64,000 nucleotides of DNA from a virus (Duplodnaviria > Caudoviricetes): positions 32,001-96,000 of IMG/VR virus record IMGVR_UViG_3300044551_000092. The stretch is one strand, 5' to 3'. Of this stretch, positions 36,040 to 46,425 are shown in pieces. The translations under genes were made by a program, and so were the position numbers. The notes beneath the pieces were generated by a model. It had not been told where the DNA came from. It did not search any database and saw only the letters and a list, made by a program, of their open reading frames with translations. Within the stretch, counting starts at the first letter, position 1. Each line of letters begins with the position of its first letter.

Positions 36040-36221
36040 TGAAAGACGATTTTCTGCTTCAAGCACGGCTGAGAAAAGATGATATTCTGCTTAAAAAGTA
36101 TTTTTCTAAAATAAAAAAAGGCGACTGGCCCTATGAGATACGACGACTTTTGGAAAAATCCATTAAAACAGAGCAAAAAGAAAAGCAATTATTAGAAAAA
36201 GCAAAAGAAAATCAAGAATAA
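36039..36221 (+). CDS. small ParR-like adaptor (RHH-like)
   Basis: TAATG coupling to parM; beta-helix-helix pattern LQARLRKDD...YEIRRLLE. Confidence 0.65.
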   Translation: MKDDFLLQARLRKDDILLKKYFSKIKKGDWPYEIRRLLEKSIKTEQKEKQLLEKAKENQE

Positions 36222-36247
36222 GGCTCAATGTGGGGCCTTATTTTTTT
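36217..36247 (+). terminator. intrinsic terminator after parMR
   Basis: AATAAGGCTC...GGGCCTTATT followed by a T run. Confidence 0.7.
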
Positions 36248-36391
36248 ATGGCCTTATTTCTGCTGATGTTGTAATGACAGAATTGCTTGTAAAATTAAAG
36301 TAAGGAGAATACTGGCTACCTCACATAGGACCGCGCGATGGCTTGGAGTGTCAGCCGTATTCTTTTTTAATCAACAAATCCGGGTGATCGT

Positions 36392-37144
36392 ATGGCTAAG
36401 AAAGAAGAAAAAAATGAAATCACCAAAAAGGAAGAAACACCGATTCAAAATATATGGACGAATAATGAGGATGGACAGCAGGCCATTTCAATAGCAATGG
36501 CAATGCGGCATACAAAGATAGGCCTCTATGCGGCCGTCCCAATTATCTGTAAGGAGAATGACTGTCCCTATGCGGAAGGGTGTCCTTTAATGGCTCAGGG
36601 GCTGTCTTTGCGAGGGCAACGCTGTCCCATAGAAATTGCAACGATTGAAGACTTGTTTCAGCGTTATTGCACGGCTCATCAGGTCAACCCAGAAGATCCG
36701 AAAGACGCCGTCGATCTGTTAATGATTAAAGATCTCGTGGACACGGATATAGGGATCCTGCGTTGTGATGAAAAGTTTGCAATCGATGCAGATTACGTAA
36801 TCAACAATACGGTAGGTGTTTCTGAAGACGGCGTGCCACTGACGCGGCAAGAACTTCATCCATTAACGGAATATAGAGAAAAACTGGTTCGGCGGAAAAA
36901 TCACATTTTGACCAATCTAAATTCTACGCGCAAAGCGAAGAATGGATCTAAAGTAACCATTGAAGTCAGCCCTTCGGAAAAGGCTTCGCAGATGTTGAAT
37001 GTCATCGATGACATGAAAAAAATATCCGAAGATGAGAAACGCAAAGAGCTTGAATACAAAAAGAAATATCTGGATGAACCAGATTCAGATAAAGAATTTA
37101 TTGATGTGGACCCTATTGATCTTGGTCCTGAAAAGGAGGAATAA
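36392..37144 (+). CDS. Cys-rich protein, possible terminase small subunit
   Basis: First gene of the packaging operon; C-x4-CPY-x3-C...CPIE; function inferred from position only. Confidence 0.45.
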   Translation: MAKKEEKNEITKKEETPIQNIWTNNEDGQQAISIAMAMRHTKIGLYAAVPIICKENDCPYAEGCPLMAQGLSLRGQRCPIEIATIEDLFQRYCTAHQVNPEDPKDAVDLLMIKDLVDTDIGILRCDEKFAIDADYVINNTVGVSEDGVPLTRQELHPLTEYREKLVRRKNHILTNLNSTRKAKNGSKVTIEVSPSEKASQMLNVIDDMKKISEDEKRKELEYKKKYLDEPDSDKEFIDVDPIDLGPEKEE

Positions 37145-37147
37145 AGT

Positions 37148-37498
37148 ATGGCTTTTATGATGTCTAATCTAGCTATTAATCCCATTCGAGCGATGAAAAG
37201 AACTGCATTGGATGTTGAACGTTCAATGAAAGGCCAGGCGCCGCTGACATATGCGTTTCGCAATGCAAAAGCACAGAATGCCTATCGGAGTACTATTCAA
37301 GGACTGACTGGTGATGAATTATCTAAAGCTCAGAAGGAGTTTGAGTTCGGTCCAGGTTCGTGGAATTATAAACGGATCGCCGGCACCGCCGCTGCAGCTT
37401 ATATGGCGGGTGACAGCTTGTATCGGGGAGCAAGCGGAGGCTCATGGTATCGGAACTCGACGGGTAACAGCGATATTATGGGGGTTCCTTTAATTTAA
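37148..37498 (+). CDS. Gly/Ala-rich putative virion protein
   Basis: SD GGAGG; composition. Confidence 0.6.
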   Translation: MAFMMSNLAINPIRAMKRTALDVERSMKGQAPLTYAFRNAKAQNAYRSTIQGLTGDELSKAQKEFEFGPGSWNYKRIAGTAAAAYMAGDSLYRGASGGSWYRNSTGNSDIMGVPLI

Positions 37499-37522
37499 TT
37501 TTTTTCTAAAGAAGGCGAAGTT

Positions 37523-37918
37523 ATGGCTCGATTTTCACGTTATCTAAAAGGATTTGCTCATGAGATGAGTCCAAAATCCGGATGGGTTCATAAAAGTAAT
37601 ATTCGAAACTTTGATAATCTATATACCGGTTATGAATTTGGCGGTAAAGCTAAAATAACAGCAGCGGTTGCAGGACTGGGTTTTGCTGGTTATCAGTATT
37701 TGAACTCAAATGGTTTTAATGGAGAACTTAATCGTATGACAGCTGAATCTGAAGATGTAAACGCAATGCCTGGGACTTTGGGTGATGCTCAAGGCTATCA
37801 GGCTTATCCTTATTTATCTAAAAATCAATTAGCAGAGCAGGGGTATGCTCCGAAGGGAGATCTTGTCTTTGCCTTGCATAAACTCAGGCACGGAGGTCAA
37901 TTGGTATGGCCACAATAA
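37523..37918 (+). CDS. Gly/Ala-rich putative virion protein
   Basis: Hydrophobic AAVAGLGFAGY segment. Confidence 0.6.
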   Translation: MARFSRYLKGFAHEMSPKSGWVHKSNIRNFDNLYTGYEFGGKAKITAAVAGLGFAGYQYLNSNGFNGELNRMTAESEDVNAMPGTLGDAQGYQAYPYLSKNQLAEQGYAPKGDLVFALHKLRHGGQLVWPQ

Positions 37919-38409
37919 ATGAAACACAAGGAGAAATTCCATCGCCAAAAACGGCAAAAGGAGTTGCACATAAAGCTAAGTTTCAATTTGGCGCAGGGTC
38001 AGCTGCTTTTTTTGCTTTGGATGCCTACAGTCGAATTAAAGATGGTGAAAGTGTACCACAAGCTCTGGGCTCGTCTTTGCTGACTAACCTTGTGTGGGGG
38101 TTAATACCAGGCGGGTTCGCCGTTAAAGCCGCAGTAATGGGTGGCATGGCGTTAGGAGAGCTTGGCCCGCTTGTCAGCCAAGGAATGACCAGTGCCCGAC
38201 AATCACTAGCCGCTAAAGGTGGAAACTTTCAATCGTCCACGTTTGTTCCTTCGCAAGCGCAATCCGACATGCTTCAGAATGGGTTACAGAATCTGAATAA
38301 TGCCAGAGCGTATATGACGCCTATGCCGGGCGGAAATAACGAATATAACGGCTATGCGCGCTCTCGAATGATGGCCGATCATGCGCGTAATGCACAAAGA
38401 GTCTACTAA
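37906..38409 (+). CDS. Gly/Ala-rich putative virion/membrane protein
   Basis: SD GGAGG; hydrophobic helices. Confidence 0.6.
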   Translation: MATINETQGEIPSPKTAKGVAHKAKFQFGAGSAAFFALDAYSRIKDGESVPQALGSSLLTNLVWGLIPGGFAVKAAVMGGMALGELGPLVSQGMTSARQSLAAKGGNFQSSTFVPSQAQSDMLQNGLQNLNNARAYMTPMPGGNNEYNGYARSRMMADHARNAQRVY

Positions 38410-38415
38410 AAGAAG

Positions 38416-38973
38416 GTGAAAGCGATGGCTGATGTACAAGCAAATGATCCGATTAATCCCATCGTTGCCGGAGGCGTCATTGGTGGAATTGCAGGAATGG
38501 GAACTTCTGGATTAGCAGCTTATGGCACCTATGCGAATTTCAAAGGGATTCCGGATCGTGTGAAGCAAAGGATTGATGACTTAAATAGTCAGAAAGCTAA
38601 TCTTTATGAAAAAAGCGGAAAAAATTTTGATAATTATCAGCAAAATGTTAATCAAAGAGCAAATGATTTTATCCGGAATAATCATACGGCATATGGAGTG
38701 GATGATCGCACGCTTGACCAAAAAGCTCAGGATCTTGGCTATCAGTTAAGATCACGTCGAGCGGGTCACAAACTAAGAAAAATAGATAGAAAACTGGACA
38801 AATACAGTGCACCGAATTATGTAAGTAGGCTTCAAAATAGGCATCTCTGGACAAAGGCACATGGGTGGAGGGGAGCATTAGCGCTGGGGATTGGTGCTAC
38901 AATCGCTGGCGGTGTGCTTGGAATCGGTGTTGCTGATAATGCCAATCCGCAAAATGAAACGATTAATTATTAA
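38416..38973 (+). CDS. glycine-zipper protein (NDPINP family)
   Basis: NDPINP...GxxxG zipper...GWRGALALGIGA. Confidence 0.65.
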   Translation: MKAMADVQANDPINPIVAGGVIGGIAGMGTSGLAAYGTYANFKGIPDRVKQRIDDLNSQKANLYEKSGKNFDNYQQNVNQRANDFIRNNHTAYGVDDRTLDQKAQDLGYQLRSRRAGHKLRKIDRKLDKYSAPNYVSRLQNRHLWTKAHGWRGALALGIGATIAGGVLGIGVADNANPQNETINY

Positions 38974-38983
38974 GGAGGAATCT

Positions 38984-39286
38984 ATGATGGCTTACTACGA
39001 TAGCAATGATCCAATTAATCCTGTTTTGAACTTGGGAACGGCGATTGGTGCTTCGGCGGGTGCTGGTCTAACTGCAGGTGCTCAATTTGGCGCCAGGCCG
39101 TTTATGCATACGAAAATGGGATCAAAATTTGCAGATACAAAATTAGCTAATCATTTACGACCAACGTACGGTCGCGCATTCGGCGGCGGATGGCGAGGTA
39201 AAGCACTAGCTTACGGTATTGGCGCACTGGGCGGGGCAGCTATTGGGGCTGGGACAGATGATCTTATCAACCATTTCAGCGGCTAA
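38984..39286 (+). CDS. glycine-zipper protein (NDPINP family)
   Basis: SD AAGGAGG; NDPINP...GWRGKALAYGIGA. Confidence 0.65.
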   Translation: MMAYYDSNDPINPVLNLGTAIGASAGAGLTAGAQFGARPFMHTKMGSKFADTKLANHLRPTYGRAFGGGWRGKALAYGIGALGGAAIGAGTDDLINHFSG

Positions 39287-39293
39287 ATAGGAA

Positions 39294-41442
39294 GTGATTG
39301 GCATGACCGTAATAAGTCCCGAAGAAATAGCAAGATTGGAAGCACAGATTCGTGCGGATCCCATTAAATGGGCCTACTGGAAGTTGAAAGATACGAAGGG
39401 AAACCCTTGGAAGGCTAGATGGTACCAGCGTCAGCTATTAACTGATATGGTATCTGGTGTGAAGCATTTAGCTGTCCGGATGGGACGCCGTGTGGGTAAA
39501 TCTGAAACGATGCTTGTTTATGCTGTCTGGTATACGTTCCACCATAAAAATTCCCGAATTCTCTTAGCCGCCCCCTATGAAAGTCAGATTCGGCTCCTGT
39601 TCATGCGGCTCAATGAATTTATTCGTGATTGCGATGAATTAAAAAACAGCGTTGATGTAAACACGAAAAATCCCTTTGTCCTATCTTGGAAAAACGGAGG
39701 AACGATCTTGGGGTTTACGGTAGGTGCTACAAAGGGACAAGCTGGTGCCGCTGTTCGTGGTCAACGGGCTGATTTTATTATGATCGATGAAGCGGACTAC
39801 ATTGACCGTGGTGGCATTGATGCGGTTACGGCGATTGCTCTGGAAGATCCGAACCGAATAGGGATCTGGGTTTCATCAACACCAACGGGTAGGCACGATT
39901 TCTTTTATGACATTTGTATGGATCCGAAAACGGGTTATCATGCCTATCATTATCCGGCCAAAGTCAATCCTGGGTATGATGAGAAGATGGAAGGCGAATT
40001 CCGGGCCACCATGACTTCTCAGGCATACATCCATGAGATCGAAGCTGAGTTCGGTGAAGAAACAGTCGGCGTCTTCAATAAGGCGGCCGTAGAACGCGCA
40101 CGTGATCAGATTTATTACACCTATCGCAATCTCAATGCCTGGGAACAGGAACAATATCGAAAACAGGGAATTGATCTAAGTAAAGTCATTTATCTGAAGC
40201 ATTATGATCGAAAACATCCAGCTCCTGATGCATTGCGTATTATCGGAGTTGACTGGGATAAACAAATAGCTTAATGCAATCTGTCCCTTTCAGGAGTAAT
40301 CCTGTCAAAAGAATTGGGTGAATTGCGGGGAGCCCCTTAGAGCCTGTCTTGCTACTGCGTAAGGATGAAACAAGCCTAAGCGTGAATGCTCATAAAAACA
40401 GACGGGATTGGGTAACCGGGAACTTATGTTCAAGTTCAATCCGCAGCCACTTTCCGAATAGGAAAAGGTTCAAAGGCCATCCTTCGGGCATACTGGTCGC
40501 CAATAGGAGTAGGGCCTGCTTTTGCAGGTGGGTGAGAGCCCCTTAAATCGAAGTGTCCAGCCCCTTATTCAGACATAAGGGAAATGATATGGTCTACGCC
40601 GACTGTTCAATCAGTGTTAAAGTATGGTGAAAGCCACGGTAGTAAGGAAATTTGCAAATGACACACAAATTGTTATTACTGAATACAATGCTGCCATTAG
40701 AAAATTTCAAGTCATTAATCGTGTTGAGATTCCGCGCGGCGAGTTTACTTTCGACCACGCCGTAAAAAAAATCATTGAACTCAACGATACTTATAATCCT
40801 CGTTTTCTATATATTGATGCCGGTTATGGTGAAGCTCAGATTGAAACGCTCAGAAAATATGGCAAAGATCACCCGGAAAGTGGATTAGATAAAAAGGTCA
40901 AACGTATTCAGTTTAGCCAAAAAATACCGGTTGTTGATCCGGCAACAAGAGAAATTGACAATAAAGATGCCAAGAACTTCATGATTAATCAAACCAGTAT
41001 CATTTTGGAGCGTAATCAATTAGTTTTATCACTCTTTGATGATATGATATGGAAACAAATGATGAACTATCAGGTCGTTCGTATTTCGCAAACAGGAAAG
41101 CCGATATATACATCAGTAAATGAACACTCACTCGATGCAATGATGCTGACGATCCTTGGCTTTACGATTGAATATCCAGAACTAACGAAGATCATTGATA
41201 AACCTGAAGTTGCTCGGACATCACATGCAGTAAATCAAACCCATATGAAACAGAAACTGATTAATAAGGTTTTTGGTCACGATCGACCAGTATTTGATGT
41301 GGCGGAACCGAAAAAGAAATTTGAAGAAAAGGATCCGTATTCTTGGCGCTGGCAGTCGGTGCCGCTTGGCTATCGGCCTCACAGGCGTGGGTGGGGAAGA
41401 CGAGGACATACGCCTGGTGGTTTCAGACGAACTAAGATATGA
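39294..41442 (+). CDS. terL: terminase large subunit, join(39294..40259,40648..41442)
   Basis: GRRVGKSE Walker A, IMIDEAD Walker B, SSTP, nuclease GVDWD|KFAND, HSLDA; splicing restores the frame. Confidence 0.9.
40260..40647 (+). mobile_element. group I intron (388 nt, no homing endonuclease)
   Basis: P1 GGGAT/GTCCC with U.G at the 5' splice site; P AATTGCGGG, Q AATCCGCAGC, R GTTCAAAGGCCAT, S ATGATATGGTCT; terminal G; P10 TGCAA/TTGCA. Confidence 0.92.
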
Positions 41443-41563
41443 GCGTCTGTGGGATGGCCTAAATAATGAGATGTCCCTTTAAAAAAGGTGGACGGCTGGT
41501 TCTCTATATCCGACAGATACCTTCGGGTGTCTGTGTTACATAATTTAAAAAGGTGAATCTAAA

Positions 41564-42784
41564 ATGCCAGAAGATCTGTTTGGAAAAAAAGGAATTGATA
41601 CTCCTTATGAACGTTCACTGATTGATGGTAAGCCGAAGCTCGAACGGACAAAGGATAAGGGACATAGGCCGCTGGATATGCAGACAAGAGTCAATATTGA
41701 TCGGTCTCGAGATTTTACTATTTCACAGGCGATCGGAGATTATCAGGAACTGATTTCTCGTATTGATGAATTACTGGCTATTATCGAAAAACGAAATCAA
41801 ACACAAGAATTTAGGGATTATCAGGTGCTACTAAAAGATAATTCAAAAAAGCAAGATCTATTTCTCTTCGAGAATCAGCATAGTGGGTATCAAGGCGGTA
41901 CAGAAGACTATGAAATCTATACGATTTTAACCATGATGAAAGCCTCTCTGATTATGCGGTCGGATTTTTTAACGAACTATTATGCGTCACAGATCTCAGA
42001 TAAAACAGAAATTGAAGATATTCAAAAAGATGAGCTCAAATCCATCAATCAGTGGGAGCTTACCGAAGATCAACTCATGAATTACGTTTCGCCCGATTAT
42101 GAAGATGCAGATGATGAATTAGATACTGACTACTCAGCCATTGAAGATCAGAGAAGAGACCTTTCTAATTTTCATATATCTTTAGCTGATACTGGTTATG
42201 TTCACCGAAATCGTTATAAATATTTTGATACATTAGTACTTGCGTTGGATCAACTGGTTAATCATCCAACAATGCTATTTACCGATGATATGAAAACCTT
42301 TATGTTGCAGTTGACTGATTTCAGTGACTTAACATCGGCGATGACTCATTTAATTCTAGCCTTTCGTGAGGTTCGTACTGACCATGAGAGCATAAAGCAG
42401 CAGTATTATATGAGTGACGATCAAAAAGAACAGCTGATTAATGAACAAGGTTATTTTTTTCAACAGATTAAAATTAAAATGAATCCATCTTTAAATGATG
42501 ATCTTATGAATCAAGACGACGAAACGAATCAGGTTTTTAATGATTTTGCTGAATTGATGGTTTCATCAATTCAAAAAACAGAAAAAAATTATACGAGTGT
42601 GCAGGCAGATCTCCTGCGTTTTTATGCACAGGAGAACGCTTTTTATGGCCAGCAGATCGGCGACTTGCAGAAAGAAGAGAAAATTCGAAGATTCTATCAT
42701 ATTTTAGAGGATATGTCCGGTACAAAAGATATATCAGAAGAATGGATAGATCAATATCTGAAAAACGAAGGTTATACGCTGTAA
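41564..42784 (+). CDS. hypothetical acidic helical protein in the head module
   Basis: Lies between terL and portal; SD. Confidence 0.7.
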   Translation: MPEDLFGKKGIDTPYERSLIDGKPKLERTKDKGHRPLDMQTRVNIDRSRDFTISQAIGDYQELISRIDELLAIIEKRNQTQEFRDYQVLLKDNSKKQDLFLFENQHSGYQGGTEDYEIYTILTMMKASLIMRSDFLTNYYASQISDKTEIEDIQKDELKSINQWELTEDQLMNYVSPDYEDADDELDTDYSAIEDQRRDLSNFHISLADTGYVHRNRYKYFDTLVLALDQLVNHPTMLFTDDMKTFMLQLTDFSDLTSAMTHLILAFREVRTDHESIKQQYYMSDDQKEQLINEQGYFFQQIKIKMNPSLNDDLMNQDDETNQVFNDFAELMVSSIQKTEKNYTSVQADLLRFYAQENAFYGQQIGDLQKEEKIRRFYHILEDMSGTKDISEEWIDQYLKNEGYTL

Positions 42785-42880
42785 CCCTTCTCGTCATTTG
42801 TAAAACAACTATTGTATGATGTAGTTGGAAAATCTTTTTCCCTATTTCTGTTTATTTATCTAAAGGACGAGGTGTTATTC

Positions 42881-45064
42881 TTGGCGAAATTACTGTCTTT
42901 ACTTAAGAATATTCGTGTCAAGAATGCAACGACCTCAACAACACCTTCGACAAATACGGGATTGGGAAACGGGTTTACGCGCGATCCAAAGGCAACTGAA
43001 GTCAAGCATATCGGATATGCCGTAATAAATGGGTCTGGCGGAACTGGGCGAGATACTTTTGAAAGCTCGTCCGTTGATTTGTCGGTCCTAAAAAGTGCAG
43101 TAAAAAATGACAGCTACTTGCAACAAGCTCAGTTAAAATATAGTGAATTGCTTTTTAAATCTGGTTATATTTTTCAATCAAAAAATCAGCAGGCGTTGCA
43201 ATATCTAAAACTTCGTCTTGACATGATGGGTGTTGCAACGGGTATTCCAACTGATCAACTGATACGCGATATTGGTCAAGATTTTGTTGAGTATCATAAT
43301 GTCTTTGTTGTTAAGGCGCGGGCTAAGAACGGGCAAGGACTTCCTCCGGGTATGAATTTAACGGCAATGCTTCCGGCAAAATATCCGGTTGCCGGCTACT
43401 TCGTTCTTGATCCAACGACCATACAAATTAAGCGTGATGAATCAGGAAATATAAAAAAGTATCAGCAATTAACATCCGGCTCATCGCAAGGCAAAACTTT
43501 CAATCCGGAAGATATCATTCATTTCACATATAACGTCCCATCAGGTGAAGCCTTCGGCTATCCGTGGCTTGCATCTGTCATCGAAGATGTGCGGCTGCTC
43601 CGTAAAATCGAAGAAAATGCGGCGTTGCTTTTATACCGACATATCTTTCCTTTGCTTACATACACGATAGGAACCACAGAGCCTGGTCAGCAAGCGACGG
43701 ATGAAGAACTTGAAGAATTCCAGTCTACTGTTGAAGATATGCCGACAGATGGCGCCCTAGTCCTTCCTGAGAGACATAAGGTTGAGGCAGTTGATATAAA
43801 GCCGATAGACGGCCGGCCCTACTTGGATTACTTTGAAAATCGTGTATTCACCGGAACTGGACTGTCGCAGGTTGATTTTGGCAGAGGGAATACAGCTAAC
43901 CGAAGTACAGCTGATGCGATGACGGGGGCAAAGACCGATCGAATCAAGGGGTGGCAGGAATCCTTGATGGTTCAGATTGACCATTTTATGATTGAAGAGC
44001 TGCTGGTTGAAGGCGGCTTTGATCCACTGATCAATCCTGATTTTCGTGTAAACTTTATTTTTAATGAAATTGAGCTGGAAAAGAAGATTGCAAAAGAAAC
44101 ACATGAAGTCTTCAAATGGAATAATAATATTCAGAGTTTCGATGAAACGCGTAATAATATTGGCCTTGAACCGGAAGTTGATGAGAAGCGGCTTCACTTT
44201 AATATGGTGGGAACGACTGATACCAGTAATGAAGCTGATAACAAAAATCAACCGGAAAATCAATCAGGGCAGCGTGATGGTCCAAAATCTGCAACCGAAC
44301 AAGTGAGAACGATTCATCGATCTTATGCAGAAAGTAAAACGCCTGCGTTGAAAACGGTAAAATCCGTTCGTTCGACCTCAGTCAAAGAGCCGGCCTCAGT
44401 TGTTCAATCGACTATTCCAAATCATCGGCCACTTTTTGATGATTTAAACGCCATATACGAATCCATAAGGCAATCTACTCTTGATCGAGTTAAATTGAAT
44501 CGCGATCAATTCCCGATAAGTACACCCAAGCTAACCTATTTGCACTTTGGAAAAGATCAAATACAGGCTTTAACACAAAGCTATATTCTTCAGTCTTTTA
44601 ATCTAGGTGTTGAGAATTCTGATCAGCATTGCGGACCGATTCGAGTTAATTCTGCACTGGCTCAACAAACCCTTTATGATTACTCTCGGTCTTATCTTGA
44701 TGATGTCACTCAACGTGTTTCTCTGGTGATCAAAAATAGATTCAATCAATTATCTAATATTGAAGAAGCTTTAAACTGTGTTCAATCTGCGTTTGATGCA
44801 AATTCATATAAATTGAAATCATTTTCTAAAGATATGATGTCTCGATCTTATAATTATGGTTTTGCTTTAGGGCTACTTGCGCAGGGAATAGAGGATGCGG
44901 TGATTGATGCTGATCGGCATTGCATCAAATGCAAGGAGCACCAGGGGAAGTTGCATCTATCACAGTGGGATTCTCTTGACCAAATTGCGGTCTTTTATAA
45001 AATCCCCCCGTGGCATCCAAATTGCAGATGTGAATTGAGAGTATGTGCAGGAGGTGAAACATAA
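42881..45064 (+). CDS. portal protein fused to a MuF/gp7-like head morphogenesis domain
   Basis: LDPTTI, DIIHF, FGYPWL portal motifs; C-terminal CIKC...PPWHPNCRC; SD GAGGTG before TTG 42881. Confidence 0.82.
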   Translation: MAKLLSLLKNIRVKNATTSTTPSTNTGLGNGFTRDPKATEVKHIGYAVINGSGGTGRDTFESSSVDLSVLKSAVKNDSYLQQAQLKYSELLFKSGYIFQSKNQQALQYLKLRLDMMGVATGIPTDQLIRDIGQDFVEYHNVFVVKARAKNGQGLPPGMNLTAMLPAKYPVAGYFVLDPTTIQIKRDESGNIKKYQQLTSGSSQGKTFNPEDIIHFTYNVPSGEAFGYPWLASVIEDVRLLRKIEENAALLLYRHIFPLLTYTIGTTEPGQQATDEELEEFQSTVEDMPTDGALVLPERHKVEAVDIKPIDGRPYLDYFENRVFTGTGLSQVDFGRGNTANRSTADAMTGAKTDRIKGWQESLMVQIDHFMIEELLVEGGFDPLINPDFRVNFIFNEIELEKKIAKETHEVFKWNNNIQSFDETRNNIGLEPEVDEKRLHFNMVGTTDTSNEADNKNQPENQSGQRDGPKSATEQVRTIHRSYAESKTPALKTVKSVRSTSVKEPASVVQSTIPNHRPLFDDLNAIYESIRQSTLDRVKLNRDQFPISTPKLTYLHFGKDQIQALTQSYILQSFNLGVENSDQHCGPIRVNSALAQQTLYDYSRSYLDDVTQRVSLVIKNRFNQLSNIEEALNCVQSAFDANSYKLKSFSKDMMSRSYNYGFALGLLAQGIEDAVIDADRHCIKCKEHQGKLHLSQWDSLDQIAVFYKIPPWHPNCRCELRVCAGGET

Positions 45065-46404
45065 TGTATACGAAACAGGACCACGATCATAAAAAGTTAG
45101 TTGACCATGAATTCCATGAATATGTGGGTAAAATTAAACCAATACCCGAGTCAACAAAAAAGATTTTTATGGAATCTGCGGACAATAATAAGCCTAAAAA
45201 GCTGTTAGTTAAGATGGAAGCCACGCATGTCGGCCTAAATAAAAACTTTAGATATTATACCGAACAAGGGCTGAAGGCGGGGTTGAAATCTTGGACGTTG
45301 CCATATAATAAGCCAGTTCTCACTAATCATGATGAATATAATGGTACGCCTATTGGACGTATCGTAGATGCCAAGTATGAAACTAAAACATTGTCTGGTA
45401 AACCAGGATTGGTTTTTACTTGCATGATTACGGATCAAGATGCAATCGAAAAAATTCTAGATGGCCGGTATCAAACCGTCTCGATAGGCTGTATGACTGA
45501 TAAAGTCACCTGCAGTATTTGTGGCGCGGACCGGACAAAAGAATGGTGCGAGCATTGGCCCGGGGAAACTTATGATGATCAAGTGTGCCATTTTATTATT
45601 GGCAAGACAGATGGAATCGAAGTTTCTTATGTTAATGTTCCTGCCGATGAAAATGCTGGAAATATTTCCGTGTCAGAAGAAAATGACGATGGTCAATCTA
45701 CGGCTTCTACTCAAGAAAAAAGCATTTCTCAGAAAGAATCCGATAAATCCCCTGTCTTAACTGATATGTATCTTCTCGCTGATTCTACTTATAAAGCATT
45801 GAAAAAACCAGAAGTCAATCTCTATCAGACTCTTCCAAATAACATAAAAAAAATGGTAGATAGTTTAGCTAAAGGGAGTGAAGCCAAAATGGGTGAACCA
45901 ACAGAAACAAAGGACGTATCGGCTGAATTAAAAACCGTTCAGGATGCTTTAGCTGTTTCTCAAAAAGAGAATACAAATCTAAAGAAAAAAGTCGCAGAAA
46001 TGCAGAAAACTATTACCGATATGGTTCTCGATAAAACGAAAGCTGAAACACAGATCAAAGAACTCAAAGACGATGTAGAAAAATTAACACAGGAAAAAGC
46101 CGGGCTGATTTCTGAAAATCATAAAACGCTTGCTGAGCAAGTCGTCGATTTAAAATATCAGCTTAAAAAGGCTGATGTCGTAGGCATCGACAAGAAAGAA
46201 GCTTTGGAAGAACACATTGGACGGACTAAAGAATCATTGGAAGATTCTTTAAAAGACCTTCAGACTGAATTGAAAAATAATCGGCCTGAACCGGGAAGCG
46301 TTCAGAATCCTGGAATACAAGAACCTGAAAATGGTGAAACAAAGAAATTCACTGTGGGACAGGCTGTAGATTTTATCAGCAATATGTTCGAGCATAAAAA
46401 ATAA
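45064..46404 (+). CDS. prohead protease with C-terminal scaffold coiled coil
   Basis: KPVLTNHD, PIGRI, TVSIG, CSICG, EVSYVNVPAD. Confidence 0.85.
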   Translation: MYTKQDHDHKKLVDHEFHEYVGKIKPIPESTKKIFMESADNNKPKKLLVKMEATHVGLNKNFRYYTEQGLKAGLKSWTLPYNKPVLTNHDEYNGTPIGRIVDAKYETKTLSGKPGLVFTCMITDQDAIEKILDGRYQTVSIGCMTDKVTCSICGADRTKEWCEHWPGETYDDQVCHFIIGKTDGIEVSYVNVPADENAGNISVSEENDDGQSTASTQEKSISQKESDKSPVLTDMYLLADSTYKALKKPEVNLYQTLPNNIKKMVDSLAKGSEAKMGEPTETKDVSAELKTVQDALAVSQKENTNLKKKVAEMQKTITDMVLDKTKAETQIKELKDDVEKLTQEKAGLISENHKTLAEQVVDLKYQLKKADVVGIDKKEALEEHIGRTKESLEDSLKDLQTELKNNRPEPGSVQNPGIQEPENGETKKFTVGQAVDFISNMFEHKK

Positions 46405-46425
46405 TTTTTGAAGGAGTTGAATGAA

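Noticed and set aside
40349-40546. Intron-encoded homing endonuclease
   Set aside because: 65 aa, runs through the ribozyme core, no HNH, GIY-YIG or LAGLIDADG motif
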